Source: Limisphaerales bacterium
GTDB taxonomy: Bacteria; Verrucomicrobiota; Verrucomicrobiia; Limisphaerales; UBA11358
Reading direction: 5' to 3'
Assembly: GCA_003134375.1 (NCBI GenBank)
Contig: PLAY01000179.1
Span: 851-64,850 of the forward strand
DNA length: 64,000 bases
Under the pieces are notes generated by a model. It was not told where the DNA came from and made no database searches. It saw only the letters and a list, made by a program, of their open reading frames with translations. Shown piece by piece: positions 1-8,939 of this stretch (position 1 is its first letter; each line of letters begins with the position of its first letter). The position numbers were made by a program, and so were the translations under genes.

Positions 1-254
1 ACGGGTTTGGCCGTGGTCTTCCGCAGGATGGAAATGAGTTCGTCCAAGTCTTCGGCTTGGCCGTTTAACGGCGTCAGCTTGACCTGGCCGGGGAACAATC
101 GGGATAGGGTGCGGTTGTCCCCGTCCAGATCAAATCCCTGCCATTGGATGCCACGTTGATTAAGCCAGCACGCGCGGGCGGCGGCTTCGATGCTTTTACC
201 CATGTTTCCTTTGGCCTGCATGGGCAGTATCAGGCGATGTTTCGTTGTTTTCAT
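1..254 (-). CDS. ParA/VirC1-like P-loop NTPase, 5' part only (gene continues past the left edge; absent from the ORF track)
   Basis: Manual minus-strand translation from ATG at 254 gives MKTTKHRLILPMQAKGNMGKSIEAAARACWLNQRGIQWQGFDLDGDNRTLSRLFPGQV... It has a deviant Walker-A-like KGxxGKS motif and is a clear paralog of 56271..57098 (RIHINPQSKGSLGKSFEAEFRTAWLDYYGIQWNGSDLDD). Its start overlaps the stop of 251..568 (ATGA). Confidence 0.6.
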   Translation of the reverse strand, partial: MKTTKHRLILPMQAKGNMGKSIEAAARACWLNQRGIQWQGFDLDGDNRTLSRLFPGQVKLTPLNGQAEDLDELISILRKTTAKP

Positions 255-568
255 ATATCGAGGTTGAACCGATGTTGGTTGTTTTTTGTTGCCGGTGTTT
301 GGATGGGAAATGATTTCGCAGCCGATTCCTCAACTGATTCCGTAGCTGGGAGCGGATCGTTGCTGCGTGGCCGGCGGGCGATTGTCCGCTGACAAAAACG
401 ATGAACGGCGCTCAACGTGATTTGAACGCCATGCTCATTGAGCCATTGGGCAATCTGCCGATGCGTCCAATGCTTGCGGCGCAACGCAAAGATGGCTTCA
501 CGATGCGTTTCCAATTTGCTGCGCGTTCTGCGCGCCTGTTCGGTTTCGGCTTGTGGTTGCAAATTCAT
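251..568 (-). CDS. small helix-turn-helix protein, first gene of the HTH/ParA-like operon; paralog of 57095..57454
   Basis: 105-aa ORF. The HTH-like segment RRKHWTHRQIAQWLNEHGVQITLSAVHRFCQR parallels QRRKTWQEIADLLLSEKGIRVTFHAPYLFYRR in the second copy. It is translationally coupled to the ParA-like gene. Confidence 0.55.
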   Translation of the reverse strand: MNLQPQAETEQARRTRSKLETHREAIFALRRKHWTHRQIAQWLNEHGVQITLSAVHRFCQRTIARRPRSNDPLPATESVEESAAKSFPIQTPATKNNQHRFNLDI

Positions 569-590
569 ATTTGCTCCGCTTTTTCAGCCC

Positions 591-701
591 CAATAATTCG
601 GTCGGACGTTCGCGCGAATTTTGCGCGAAATTCGCGCGAACGCGCGGCGCTGGCCGCGCCCCTCTAGCTGTGCTAAGGGAAGATGTCTGACCGAATTATT
701 G
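591..701. promoter_or_regulatory. candidate oriT / divergent control region with nested inverted repeats
   Basis: Outer arms are CAATAATTCGGTCGGAC (591-607) and GTCTGACCGAATTATTG (685-701), matching 16/17. An inner perfect 15-bp IR is CGTTCGCGCGAATTT (607-621) / AAATTCGCGCGAACG (628-642). A third hairpin is GCGCGGC-GCTG-GCCGCGC (642-659). The region lies between the divergent relaxase and the HTH/ParA-like operon. Confidence 0.45.
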
Positions 702-853
702 ATGCTTTGAACTGTCTTCATAGCTGTGTGTTACCGTTGCCATGAAGGTATAACCATTGAACCGTTTAGGCTTACCGAGTAGTGGGGGTAAACGTTCGGG
801 GTATGCGCGAATAGTGCCTTCAGGGGGATGACGAGGCGCAATTTCCGGTTACA

Positions 854-3586
854 GTGGCCTCTATGTTACGAGTCATTGCCAGTCGGAATGCGAAGGAATA
901 CTTCGCTCAATCCTTGAAGCGCGAAGATTATTACAGTGAAGGTCAGGAGGTCAGCGGCGATTGGCATGGCATGGCAGCGGTGAGATTGGGTTTATCAGGG
1001 GCGGTGACTCAAGCTGACTTTGATTCCCTGTGTGACAATAAAATTCCTGGGACTGACGAACGGTTGACGCAACGGAACAAAAGTAATCGCACGGTCGGCT
1101 ATGATTTTAATTTCCATTGTCCAAAGTCCGTTTCGGTTGCCTACGAATTCACCAGAGACGAGCGCATTTTGGGCGCCTTCAAATTATCGGTGAACCAAAC
1201 GATGCGGGAGATTGAATCGGAAATTAAAACACGGGTGCGGAAAAACGGGGCAGATGAGAATCGAACGACGGGCAACATGGTTTGGGCGGAGTTCGTTCAC
1301 TTCACCGCGCGTCCGGTCAACGGCGTTCCCGATCCGCATCTGCACGCGCACTGCTACACTTTCAACACGACCTGGGACGATGTGGAAAAGAAATGGAAGG
1401 CCGGGCAGTTCCGTGATTTGAAAGGTGATGCGCCGTATTTCGAGGCGGCGTTCCATGCGCGGTTTTCAAGGCAACTGGCGGAATTGGGTTATCGCATCGA
1501 ACGGACGGCCAAAGGTTGGGAGCTGGCCGGTGTGCCCCAGCGTGTGATTGACGAATTTTCCAAACGGTCGGAGCAAGTAGAACAAAAAGCGAAGGAATTG
1601 GGCATCACGTCGGCCAAACAAAAGGATGGCCTGGCCGCTTTGACCCGCGAACGCAAACGGAAGGACATCGAAAAATCAGAACTGCGTGAACTGTGGGATA
1701 AGCGGATTTCGGCGGATGAGCGCGCGGCGATTCAAAACAACCTGCGCCATACGACTGCTGACGCGCCGAAAGTTTCCGAAATGAAGGCGATGGATTTTGC
1801 CGTCACGCATTGCTACGAACGCGCCTCCATCGTCACCGAAAAGGAATTGCTCCGGCACGCGCTGCGCTTCGGGGTGGGTGATGTGGACGTGGAACAAATC
1901 AAACGCCAGCTTATGCGCGATGAGCTTATCAAGGAAAACGTGGACGGTCGGCAATGGCTCACGACTAAGGAAGTGCTGGCGGAAGAAAAGCGGCTGATTG
2001 ATTTTGTTCAGGATGGAAAGGGGAGATTCAAGCCGCTCGGTTCTGGCAAGTATCAATTTGTAAATCCAAAGCTTTCAGATGAACAGCGAAACGCCGTGCT
2101 TCATGTTTTGCAAAGCACGGATCGTGTCACGGCCGTTCGCGGTGGCGCTGGCACAGGCAAGACGACGATGATGCGCGAAACCGTTGCCGCCATTGAATCC
2201 ACCGGTCAGAAGGTTTTTACGTTCGCACCGTCGGCGGAAGCCTCGCGCGGTGTCCTGCGGTCGGATGCCGGATTTGCCAATGCCGAGACGGTCGAGGCAT
2301 TGTTGCAAAATTCAAAACTCCAAGCACAGGTTCGCGGGCAGGTGATTTGGATTGATGAGGCGGGTTTGTTGAGTGTTCGCACACTGGCGCGGGTGGTTGA
2401 TTTCGCCGAAAAAGAAAACTGCCGGATCATACTTTCGGGTGACACGGCGCAGCATCGCGCCGTGGAACGGGGCGACGCGCTCCGGCTGCTGGAACGACAT
2501 GCTTGCCTGCAAGCGGCTGAATTGACGCAAATCCGGCGGCAGAAGGCCGACGCGCACAAGGCCGTGGTCGCCGATCTGCGGGCGGGCAATCTGGAGAATG
2601 CTTTCAACCGATTGAACCGGCTCGGAATGTTACGGGAAATGGATGCTGACAAACGGCATGAAGCATTGGCGGCGGATTATGTCATCGCCGTAAAAAAGGG
2701 TAAATCAGCTTTGGTCATCTCCCCCACTCATGCCGAGGGCGAGCGCGTCACGCGCGAAATCCGCGCGAAATTAAAAACCGCCAAGGAACTCGGCGCTGAC
2801 GAACGTGAACTTGTTCAACTCAAAAATTTGCAATGGACTCAAGCGCAACGTGCCGATGCCCAAAATTATCAGGCCGGGCAGGTTGCACAGTTCCATCAAA
2901 ACGCGGCTGGCTTCCGGCGCGGTGAACGGGTTGCGGTGAAAACACGCGGCGCCGGCGGCATTATCATCGAGCGGCAAAATGGCGAAACAACATTGCTGCC
3001 GCTGAATCAGGCGGCGCGTTTCCAAGTTTATGAGTCCCGCGAAATCGTCCTGGCCGCCGGCGATTGGATTCGGATCACCCAAAATGGGTTCACCGAGGAC
3101 AAACGGCGGCTCAACAACGGTGATTTGAAGCAGATCAAAGGATTCACCAAGGACGGCGACATCAAGCTGACAAACGGCTGGGTGGTTTCAAAAGATTACG
3201 GCAACCTGACGCATGGCTATTGCCTCACATCGTATAGTTCGCAGAGCAAGGGCGTGGACTGCGTGTTCGTGGCCGAAAGCTCGGAGTCGTTCCGCGCCGC
3301 CGGGCGCGAGCAATTTTATGTCTCGGCCAGCCGGTTCAAAGAGGCTCTTAAAATTTACACGGATGACAAACGCCAGTTGCTGGAGGCCGTCCGCAAATCC
3401 TCGCACCGGCCTTCGGCGACGGATTTGGTCACTAAGGAAATTTCCGAATCAGCCGATGAGGCGGTGACAAAAAAGCCATTGCAGCCGGTGGCGCAGGTGA
3501 ATGTTGGAAACCTCCAAAGGTTAATGCTCGCAAAACAAAAAACGAACTGGCTGAGAAATCAGCATCGGAAAGGGGTTAAGATTTGA
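854..3586 (+). CDS. MobF/TrwC-family conjugative relaxase-helicase (TraI/TrwC-like), apparently intact
   Basis: 910-aa ORF. The N-terminus MLRVIASRNAKEYF..EDYYSEG...WHG..A..LGLSG is TrwC-like. The histidine triad is PDPHLHAHCYTFN and the helicase Walker A is GGAGTGKTT. The start may be ATG 863 rather than GTG 854. Confidence 0.9.
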   Translation: MASMLRVIASRNAKEYFAQSLKREDYYSEGQEVSGDWHGMAAVRLGLSGAVTQADFDSLCDNKIPGTDERLTQRNKSNRTVGYDFNFHCPKSVSVAYEFTRDERILGAFKLSVNQTMREIESEIKTRVRKNGADENRTTGNMVWAEFVHFTARPVNGVPDPHLHAHCYTFNTTWDDVEKKWKAGQFRDLKGDAPYFEAAFHARFSRQLAELGYRIERTAKGWELAGVPQRVIDEFSKRSEQVEQKAKELGITSAKQKDGLAALTRERKRKDIEKSELRELWDKRISADERAAIQNNLRHTTADAPKVSEMKAMDFAVTHCYERASIVTEKELLRHALRFGVGDVDVEQIKRQLMRDELIKENVDGRQWLTTKEVLAEEKRLIDFVQDGKGRFKPLGSGKYQFVNPKLSDEQRNAVLHVLQSTDRVTAVRGGAGTGKTTMMRETVAAIESTGQKVFTFAPSAEASRGVLRSDAGFANAETVEALLQNSKLQAQVRGQVIWIDEAGLLSVRTLARVVDFAEKENCRIILSGDTAQHRAVERGDALRLLERHACLQAAELTQIRRQKADAHKAVVADLRAGNLENAFNRLNRLGMLREMDADKRHEALAADYVIAVKKGKSALVISPTHAEGERVTREIRAKLKTAKELGADERELVQLKNLQWTQAQRADAQNYQAGQVAQFHQNAAGFRRGERVAVKTRGAGGIIIERQNGETTLLPLNQAARFQVYESREIVLAAGDWIRITQNGFTEDKRRLNNGDLKQIKGFTKDGDIKLTNGWVVSKDYGNLTHGYCLTSYSSQSKGVDCVFVAESSESFRAAGREQFYVSASRFKEALKIYTDDKRQLLEAVRKSSHRPSATDLVTKEISESADEAVTKKPLQPVAQVNVGNLQRLMLAKQKTNWLRNQHRKGVKI

Positions 3587-3676
3587 AACTGACGGTCAGA
3601 TACCAATTTTCAAAACACCGATGCTGTTGAGCGCGCGTTCTCCCATTTTCCGCCTCGCCCCAAATGGTTAACCAAG

Positions 3677-5335
3677 TTAACTGATTTGCGGCTGCTCCGC
3701 GCCAGTCAATTCCTTAATCTCCTCCGCGAGCTTTTCCGCCTGCTGTCGCAATTCAGCACTTTCCTTTTCCAGCAACTTCTTTCTCTCCGCCGCAAGTTCT
3801 TCCAACACGCCGGGCTTTTGCTCGCTAATCCGGCAAAGCTCGTAATCGGGGCTTTCGCGCAACTGGTTCAGTGATTCGATCACACTGATGATTTCGAGTT
3901 GCAACGTCTCGAACAGCCGCCGCAACTGGCCGATTTCCGCCGCATCGCTGAAATCGAGGCTCGCCCAGCCCTGGCGCAGAATGAAGCCGTGCGGGTCATC
4001 CGCAATTTCGCGCAGCGTCTGGATGTCGCCGCTGTCCTTCGCCCGGTTGATGGCCGCCGTCAGCTTGTGATACGTTTCCAGCTTTTCCGGCTCATGCGCG
4101 AAGCGGTCGGGGTGATACAACTTGACCAGTTTCTTCCACAGCCGGTTCAACTCAACTTCCTCCTCCGGCGTCAACTGCTTCTTCCCGGCCACGGCCGCCG
4201 CCGTTTCCTGATAATCCTTCTCGGATTGCGCCCGGGCTTTGGCGTAATTCTCCTCCGCCTGCCGGGCTTCCTCGTCACCGCCGCGAACCAGCGAATCCAG
4301 AAACTTCTTCCGATAATCCACAATCAGCCGGAGCCGGTCGCGCTTCTGGTAATGCTCGCGCAACCGCCGGAAAAGAACCGCCTGCATCGCGTCCACCCGC
4401 GATTTTTCCCGGGTGTAACTGGACTCCAATTCCGCCAGCCGCGCCCGCGCGCCGGCCACAAGCTGACGGAGCTGCTCCAATTCCGGATTGATATAGACGA
4501 CGATTGCAGCGACCCCGATTCCGGGTGGCGATTTGACCCGCTTTTTGCCTTCAATTTCCGGCGGCGCAAACATGGCGCTATCAATTGCCGGTTCCGTTTT
4601 GACTTCGAGTTGCCGCAAATACCAGCGGCCCATTTTCGCGCTGCGGGCATTGGAAGAACCGGCCAGCCAGTCCAGCCAGCGGCGCAATTCCGCATCCTTC
4701 CGGGCTTCCTGAAACAACCGCCCCTTGTGTTTTCCAAAGGCAATCCGGGATGGAAACCATTCTTCCGCCGCATACGCCGCCAGTTTTTCCCACGTATCCA
4801 AACCGCGATGCTCGGCGATGGGACAAAGCACCTGCGCGAACAAATCCACGACCGTTTGCACGTCGCCCAGCGCCGTGTGCGCGCCGCGCTCCGGCAGGCG
4901 GTAATACTGCCGCAACGTTTGCAGCTTGCAGTTGCCGGCGGGCACGGGATCGAGCAGACGCTGCGCCAGCCGCAGCGCGCAGAGACCCTGGCTGCCGATG
5001 GGCGAAATGCGCAGCCGTTTCCACTCCGGTTTCAACACTTCATCCAGATCGTATTCCAGATTGAACGAAACAAGCGGCAGGTTGCCCGCATATTCGGCAA
5101 ATTCGCGATAGACCTGATGCGCCGGCTCGCCGTCGCGCTCCAGAATTTCGCGGGTGTAGCCGTGAACACGGGATGCCTCGGCAGGAATCTCCTGGTTTTG
5201 ATTCAGCAGCTTGCGGAATGGTTCACCCTCCGGCGACCAGCCGCGCATCCGTTGCGCCGCCAACTCGACCACAAAAACGGGCGCAGATAAACCCGTCGTT
5301 TCAGTGTCCAAGAGGATCCAAAGTTTACTGTTCAT
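3677..5335 (-). CDS. DEDDh (DnaQ-like) 3'-5' exonuclease fused to a DUF3820-like segment, coiled coils and a DnaJ J-domain
   Basis: Exo motifs are LLDTETTGL (ExoI), SFNLEYDLD (ExoII) and HTALGDVQTVVDLF (ExoIII, H-x4-D). FGKHKGRLFQEARKDAELRRWLDWL resembles DUF3820. The J-domain core is LVKLYHPDRF. Its start overlaps the stop of 5332..6336 (ATGA). Confidence 0.8.
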   Translation of the reverse strand: MNSKLWILLDTETTGLSAPVFVVELAAQRMRGWSPEGEPFRKLLNQNQEIPAEASRVHGYTREILERDGEPAHQVYREFAEYAGNLPLVSFNLEYDLDEVLKPEWKRLRISPIGSQGLCALRLAQRLLDPVPAGNCKLQTLRQYYRLPERGAHTALGDVQTVVDLFAQVLCPIAEHRGLDTWEKLAAYAAEEWFPSRIAFGKHKGRLFQEARKDAELRRWLDWLAGSSNARSAKMGRWYLRQLEVKTEPAIDSAMFAPPEIEGKKRVKSPPGIGVAAIVVYINPELEQLRQLVAGARARLAELESSYTREKSRVDAMQAVLFRRLREHYQKRDRLRLIVDYRKKFLDSLVRGGDEEARQAEENYAKARAQSEKDYQETAAAVAGKKQLTPEEEVELNRLWKKLVKLYHPDRFAHEPEKLETYHKLTAAINRAKDSGDIQTLREIADDPHGFILRQGWASLDFSDAAEIGQLRRLFETLQLEIISVIESLNQLRESPDYELCRISEQKPGVLEELAAERKKLLEKESAELRQQAEKLAEEIKELTGAEQPQIS

Positions 5336-6336
5336 GGTGCTCGCTGAGCAGTGATTTTGAGGGCAGCTTCAAAAGCCGTCCGGAATTCTTTATACGTGTA
5401 AGGTTTGGACAGAAATGAGACGTTGAGATTCGGGCTCCAGTCACACCTCACAGCTTGAACCCAAACCGGTTCTCCAGAGTCTTCATAGACACCAAGCACC
5501 GCAGATATAACCAGGATGGGATACTTGACTTTTCTCTCAGCCAGCCGCGTCAGCATCTCTTTGCACGAAATTCCAACGTGCTGAATATCCGTAATAAAAA
5601 GATCGGGGGCGGTGCGTGATAATTCCTGCCAAGCATCAAGAGCATCTCCAAATTCCAGTATTTCGACCCCATGATGCAAAATACTCTTGAGCATTACCAC
5701 ACAGGATCGTCTCGGCCCTTCTTCGTCATCCAGAACAACGATTCTCAATGCTCGCTCATAGCGGGGCTGAGGCGCGGTCTCCACCGATTTTTCGATTGTA
5801 ATGCGCCGTTTTTTTAGAGCTGTCTCCACTGCCTTCAAAAAAGTTAATTGGTTAAAAGGTATTTGCAGGAGTGAAATATTCAGACCCTGATTGGAGAAAT
5901 CCCGGACCCAAGGTTCTGAACTATCCCCCCAGCCAGAAAGCACAATAATCGGACATGTTGCCTTTTTGTCTGCCAGGCGGCGGATTATCTCTTCACCCAT
6001 CATCCCCGCCATTACGTCGAGCGTGATCAGGAGATCAGGGGTTGTTCTTGACAACTCTTGCCAAGCTTCGTCACCGCGTTCAAATTCAAGTATTGTGACC
6101 CTCTCAAATTGTTTCTCAAGAATACGCTTGATGAGCACACGTGGGGCCTCTTCGTAATACACGATAAACACTCTCAGCGGATGAGGCTTCGTCTTTCGCA
6201 CCAGCGTCAGTGTATCCGTAACCATGCCGGAGAGGATGCGTTTTGCGCCCGGCTCCGCTTTTTCAAGCGCACCCGGCGGTCTTGGCACCAGTGCAAAATC
6301 ATTTTTCTCGCTCATAGCGCCAATTCCGCCAGACAC
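5332..6336 (-). CDS. tandem receiver-domain protein (degenerate REC + canonical REC) with no output domain
   Basis: Domain 2 has VVLDDEE, DLFITDIQ, PILVISA and FLSKPY, i.e. the acidic pocket, phospho-Asp, S/T and K positions. Domain 1 keeps DLLITLDV but has YYEE in place of DD and LQIPF in place of KP. The likely start is M8 (6315), giving MSEKNDFALV... Confidence 0.7.
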   Translation of the reverse strand: MSGGIGAMSEKNDFALVPRPPGALEKAEPGAKRILSGMVTDTLTLVRKTKPHPLRVFIVYYEEAPRVLIKRILEKQFERVTILEFERGDEAWQELSRTTPDLLITLDVMAGMMGEEIIRRLADKKATCPIIVLSGWGDSSEPWVRDFSNQGLNISLLQIPFNQLTFLKAVETALKKRRITIEKSVETAPQPRYERALRIVVLDDEEGPRRSCVVMLKSILHHGVEILEFGDALDAWQELSRTAPDLFITDIQHVGISCKEMLTRLAERKVKYPILVISAVLGVYEDSGEPVWVQAVRCDWSPNLNVSFLSKPYTYKEFRTAFEAALKITAQRAP

Positions 6337-6409
6337 GCACGCGCACCAGCCGCAAGCTGACGCAATTGCTCCAACGCTGGACTAGAGTAAACGATTGGAT
6401 CGGTGGTTT

Positions 6410-7834
6410 TCAATTTTTTGCCGATCGAAATTCGCGGTAGCGATGTTCGCCTTCTTGGAATTGTTCTGGTGATAATAAAGCTCGAATTGAAATTACCGAT
6501 TCAGATGCAACCTCGTGACCTCGCTCTGCGGCGATGCGAACCCATTTGTAGGCTTCTGTGTGGTCTTGTTGGACACCAAAGCCCCCGTCATAACAGTAGC
6601 CAAGAAAGAATTGTGCATTCGTATCTCCCTGCTCGGCAGCTTTACGAAACAACTTTACCGCTTCTGCGTAGTCCTGCGGCACGCCTTCGCCAGTGTGATA
6701 GCTCCAGCCAAGGCTGCACTGTGCCACAGCGTGATTCTGTTCTGCAGCTTTACGATACCACTGTACAGCTTCCACACGATCTTTGAGCACACCAAAGCCA
6801 TTTGCGTAGCATTTGCCCAGATTGCATTGAGCCTCGGCGTGATTTTGCTCGGCGGCTTTGCGAAACAACTTTACCGCCTCCGTATAATCTTTAGACACGC
6901 CTTCGCCATTAACATAACAGCCACCTAGATAACTTTGAGCCTCAGCGTCATTCTGCTCGGCAGCCTTGCGAAACCACTTCACGGCTTCCGCATAATCCTT
7001 CGACACGCCTTTGCCATTAACATAACAGCCGCCTAGATTGCATTGAGCTTCAGCGTGATTCTGCTCAGCGGCTTTGCGATACCATTTTACCGCTTCTAAA
7101 AAATTCTTCGGCAAGCCATTACCATTAGCGTAACAGACGCCCAGACTGAATTGAGCATAGGCAAAATTCTGTTCGGCTGCTTTGCGCCACCATCTCACCG
7201 CTTCCAACACCTCCTGCTCCACGCCTTTGCCCTTGTCGTAGCAGAAGCCCAGACAATACTGTGCGGCAGCATATTCTTGTTCTGCGGATTTGCGAAACCA
7301 CTTAACGGCTTCGGTGTTATTCTGCTGAACGCTTAAACCCTTTTGATAACACCAGCCGAGATTGAACTGCGCTTCGGCATCTCCCTGTTCTGCCGCCACA
7401 CGAAACCACTTCACCGCTTCGGTGTAATCCTGTTGAACACCAAAGCCCTCATCGTAGCAGTGGCCGAGATTGCATTGTGCTCTGACATCCCCTTGAGCGG
7501 CAGCTTCGCGAAACCACTTCATCGCTTCGGTGTAGTTTTGTTGAACGCCAAAACCATTTTGGCAGCACCAGCCGAGATTGTTTTGCGCTTCTCGATGTCC
7601 TTGTTCGGCAGCTTTACGAAACCATTTCGCCGCTTCGACGAAATCTGGCGGCTTGCTAAAGTAAGCTTCGCACCCCTTACCAAATTGTGCCTGTACATTT
7701 TCGATTGATGCCAGTGCAAGCATATCCGCGACCATGCCGGAAAAAATATGTTTCGCGCGGGGCGGAGCGTTTTCCATTCCGCTTTGAGGTCGTCGAACCA
7801 GGGCAAAACCGTTTTTCTCATTTGTGGTGCTCAT
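6410..7834 (-). CDS. Sel1-like repeat (SLR) protein, about 10 tandem 36-aa repeats
   Basis: The unit EAVKWFRKAAEQ(G/N)xAEAQxNLGxCYxNGxGVxKDY is iterated throughout the protein. The N-terminal roughly 40 aa are shared with 5332..6336. Confidence 0.9.
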   Translation of the reverse strand: MSTTNEKNGFALVRRPQSGMENAPPRAKHIFSGMVADMLALASIENVQAQFGKGCEAYFSKPPDFVEAAKWFRKAAEQGHREAQNNLGWCCQNGFGVQQNYTEAMKWFREAAAQGDVRAQCNLGHCYDEGFGVQQDYTEAVKWFRVAAEQGDAEAQFNLGWCYQKGLSVQQNNTEAVKWFRKSAEQEYAAAQYCLGFCYDKGKGVEQEVLEAVRWWRKAAEQNFAYAQFSLGVCYANGNGLPKNFLEAVKWYRKAAEQNHAEAQCNLGGCYVNGKGVSKDYAEAVKWFRKAAEQNDAEAQSYLGGCYVNGEGVSKDYTEAVKLFRKAAEQNHAEAQCNLGKCYANGFGVLKDRVEAVQWYRKAAEQNHAVAQCSLGWSYHTGEGVPQDYAEAVKLFRKAAEQGDTNAQFFLGYCYDGGFGVQQDHTEAYKWVRIAAERGHEVASESVISIRALLSPEQFQEGEHRYREFRSAKN

Positions 7835-7851
7835 AAATCAGTTTTCTCCAA

Positions 7852-8595
7852 TTACCTCCTTGATAGAATTCCGTTGCCAAGTTCTGCAAGATACTTGGCA
7901 AGAAATGGAATCTCTTGAATCTCGCTAATTACAATGCGCATCTCATTCTTCTTACTGATGCACGCATCAGCGAAGATTGCAGGCAGAGAATGGCTGGTGA
8001 CGTAAAACTGAAACAACATTCCATTGATGACAACACAGTAGCAATGCTTGCCGTCGCTTTTCATGTGCATTGGTTGTGAAATCCAATCTGGGGGAAGCTT
8101 ATTATCATGAACAACAGCCATCAGGCATGGGTATTGCAGCGGTTCAAGCGGGTCTTCATTCAGCAAAGCAAGTCGAAGAATTTCTTCATGTCTGCTGCCA
8201 AGATTCACGAGCGAGAAAAAATGCACGCTGCTGACTCCCATTCGCCACAGCAGTGAAAGAAGAAAAAGACGAAATTTGCGGTAATCGAGGTTCGACAACT
8301 TAAGAAGTGGTCCATCGGGCTCGATTTGAATGCCAATGCCCTGGCAGAAAGCTTCTTTGGCATATTTTTCCCAAACCGAGAATTTTTGTTCGCATGCCTT
8401 GCATAGAAGCTTTTCATAAATTCCTTTTTGCTTAAACCGTTCTGGCTCGGCAGCGTCAAATGGAACAGTGTGAAATCTGTGAAATTTATCGTAAAGTTCT
8501 GTGTAAAAGAATTCAGGAATGACGTGTGAATTCTGAAGCGGGCTATTGGATTGGCAGAGCGCACAACTCATATTTTCTTCCTTCGTGTATAGCAC
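7852..8595 (-). CDS. Cys-rich hypothetical protein with an HNH-like CxxC...SHVIP N-terminus
   Basis: 247-aa ORF containing CALCQSNSPLQNSHVIPEFF and a second CKAC pair. It lies 17 bp upstream of the Sel1 gene on the same strand and is AT-richer than its flanks. The family assignment is tentative. Confidence 0.45.
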   Translation of the reverse strand: MLYTKEENMSCALCQSNSPLQNSHVIPEFFYTELYDKFHRFHTVPFDAAEPERFKQKGIYEKLLCKACEQKFSVWEKYAKEAFCQGIGIQIEPDGPLLKLSNLDYRKFRLFLLSLLWRMGVSSVHFFSLVNLGSRHEEILRLALLNEDPLEPLQYPCLMAVVHDNKLPPDWISQPMHMKSDGKHCYCVVINGMLFQFYVTSHSLPAIFADACISKKNEMRIVISEIQEIPFLAKYLAELGNGILSRR

Positions 8596-8939
8596 GCCAG
8601 CGTCTGATGCGAAAGTGTATTCAAACCAGATTGCCCACGCCGCCGCCGCAAGGATTCCTTCATAGCCAAATCAAAAGGCGCGCTTTGCGCCGCGTCTCTG
8701 ATTCGTCATTGGCGCCCGGCGCCGGCGGCGCCGGCGGCACCGGCGCGGATCGAACCGTGGCTGGGCTAGCGCGGTGGCCAATTCTGCGCGACCCCCCTTT
8801 TGCAGCCCCGGATCGTAAAAACTCACCGTGGCCAACGTGTTGCCTAACGCCAACGTGCGGCTGGACGCCACCGGTGACGCCGCAAGAAGATCATCACCAC
8901 TTGACTGCTAAACATAAGCGAGCAAAATTGGACAGAATT

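Noticed and set aside
3899-5290. 463-aa plus-strand ORF.
   Set aside because: This is a shadow ORF antisense to the exonuclease/J-domain gene. It is R/Q/L/P-rich with no motifs.
8700-8800. A tRNA-like signal on the minus strand: TGG followed by a GC-rich stem and GGATCGAACC (reverse complement of a GGTTCGATCC T-loop).
   Set aside because: The T-stem does not pair (CACGG vs CGCGC). About 38 nt separate the T-arm-like motif from the TGG, where about 12 nt are expected. No anticodon or D arms could be folded. It is more likely a CGGCGCCGG x3 microsatellite or a decayed att remnant.
8526-8939. N-terminal 138 codons of ORF 8526..9581.
   Set aside because: The sequence is GC-rich low-complexity (GAGGAGGTGA, PPPQ) and antisense to the end of the neighbouring gene. 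The domain homology begins only after the ATG at 8940.
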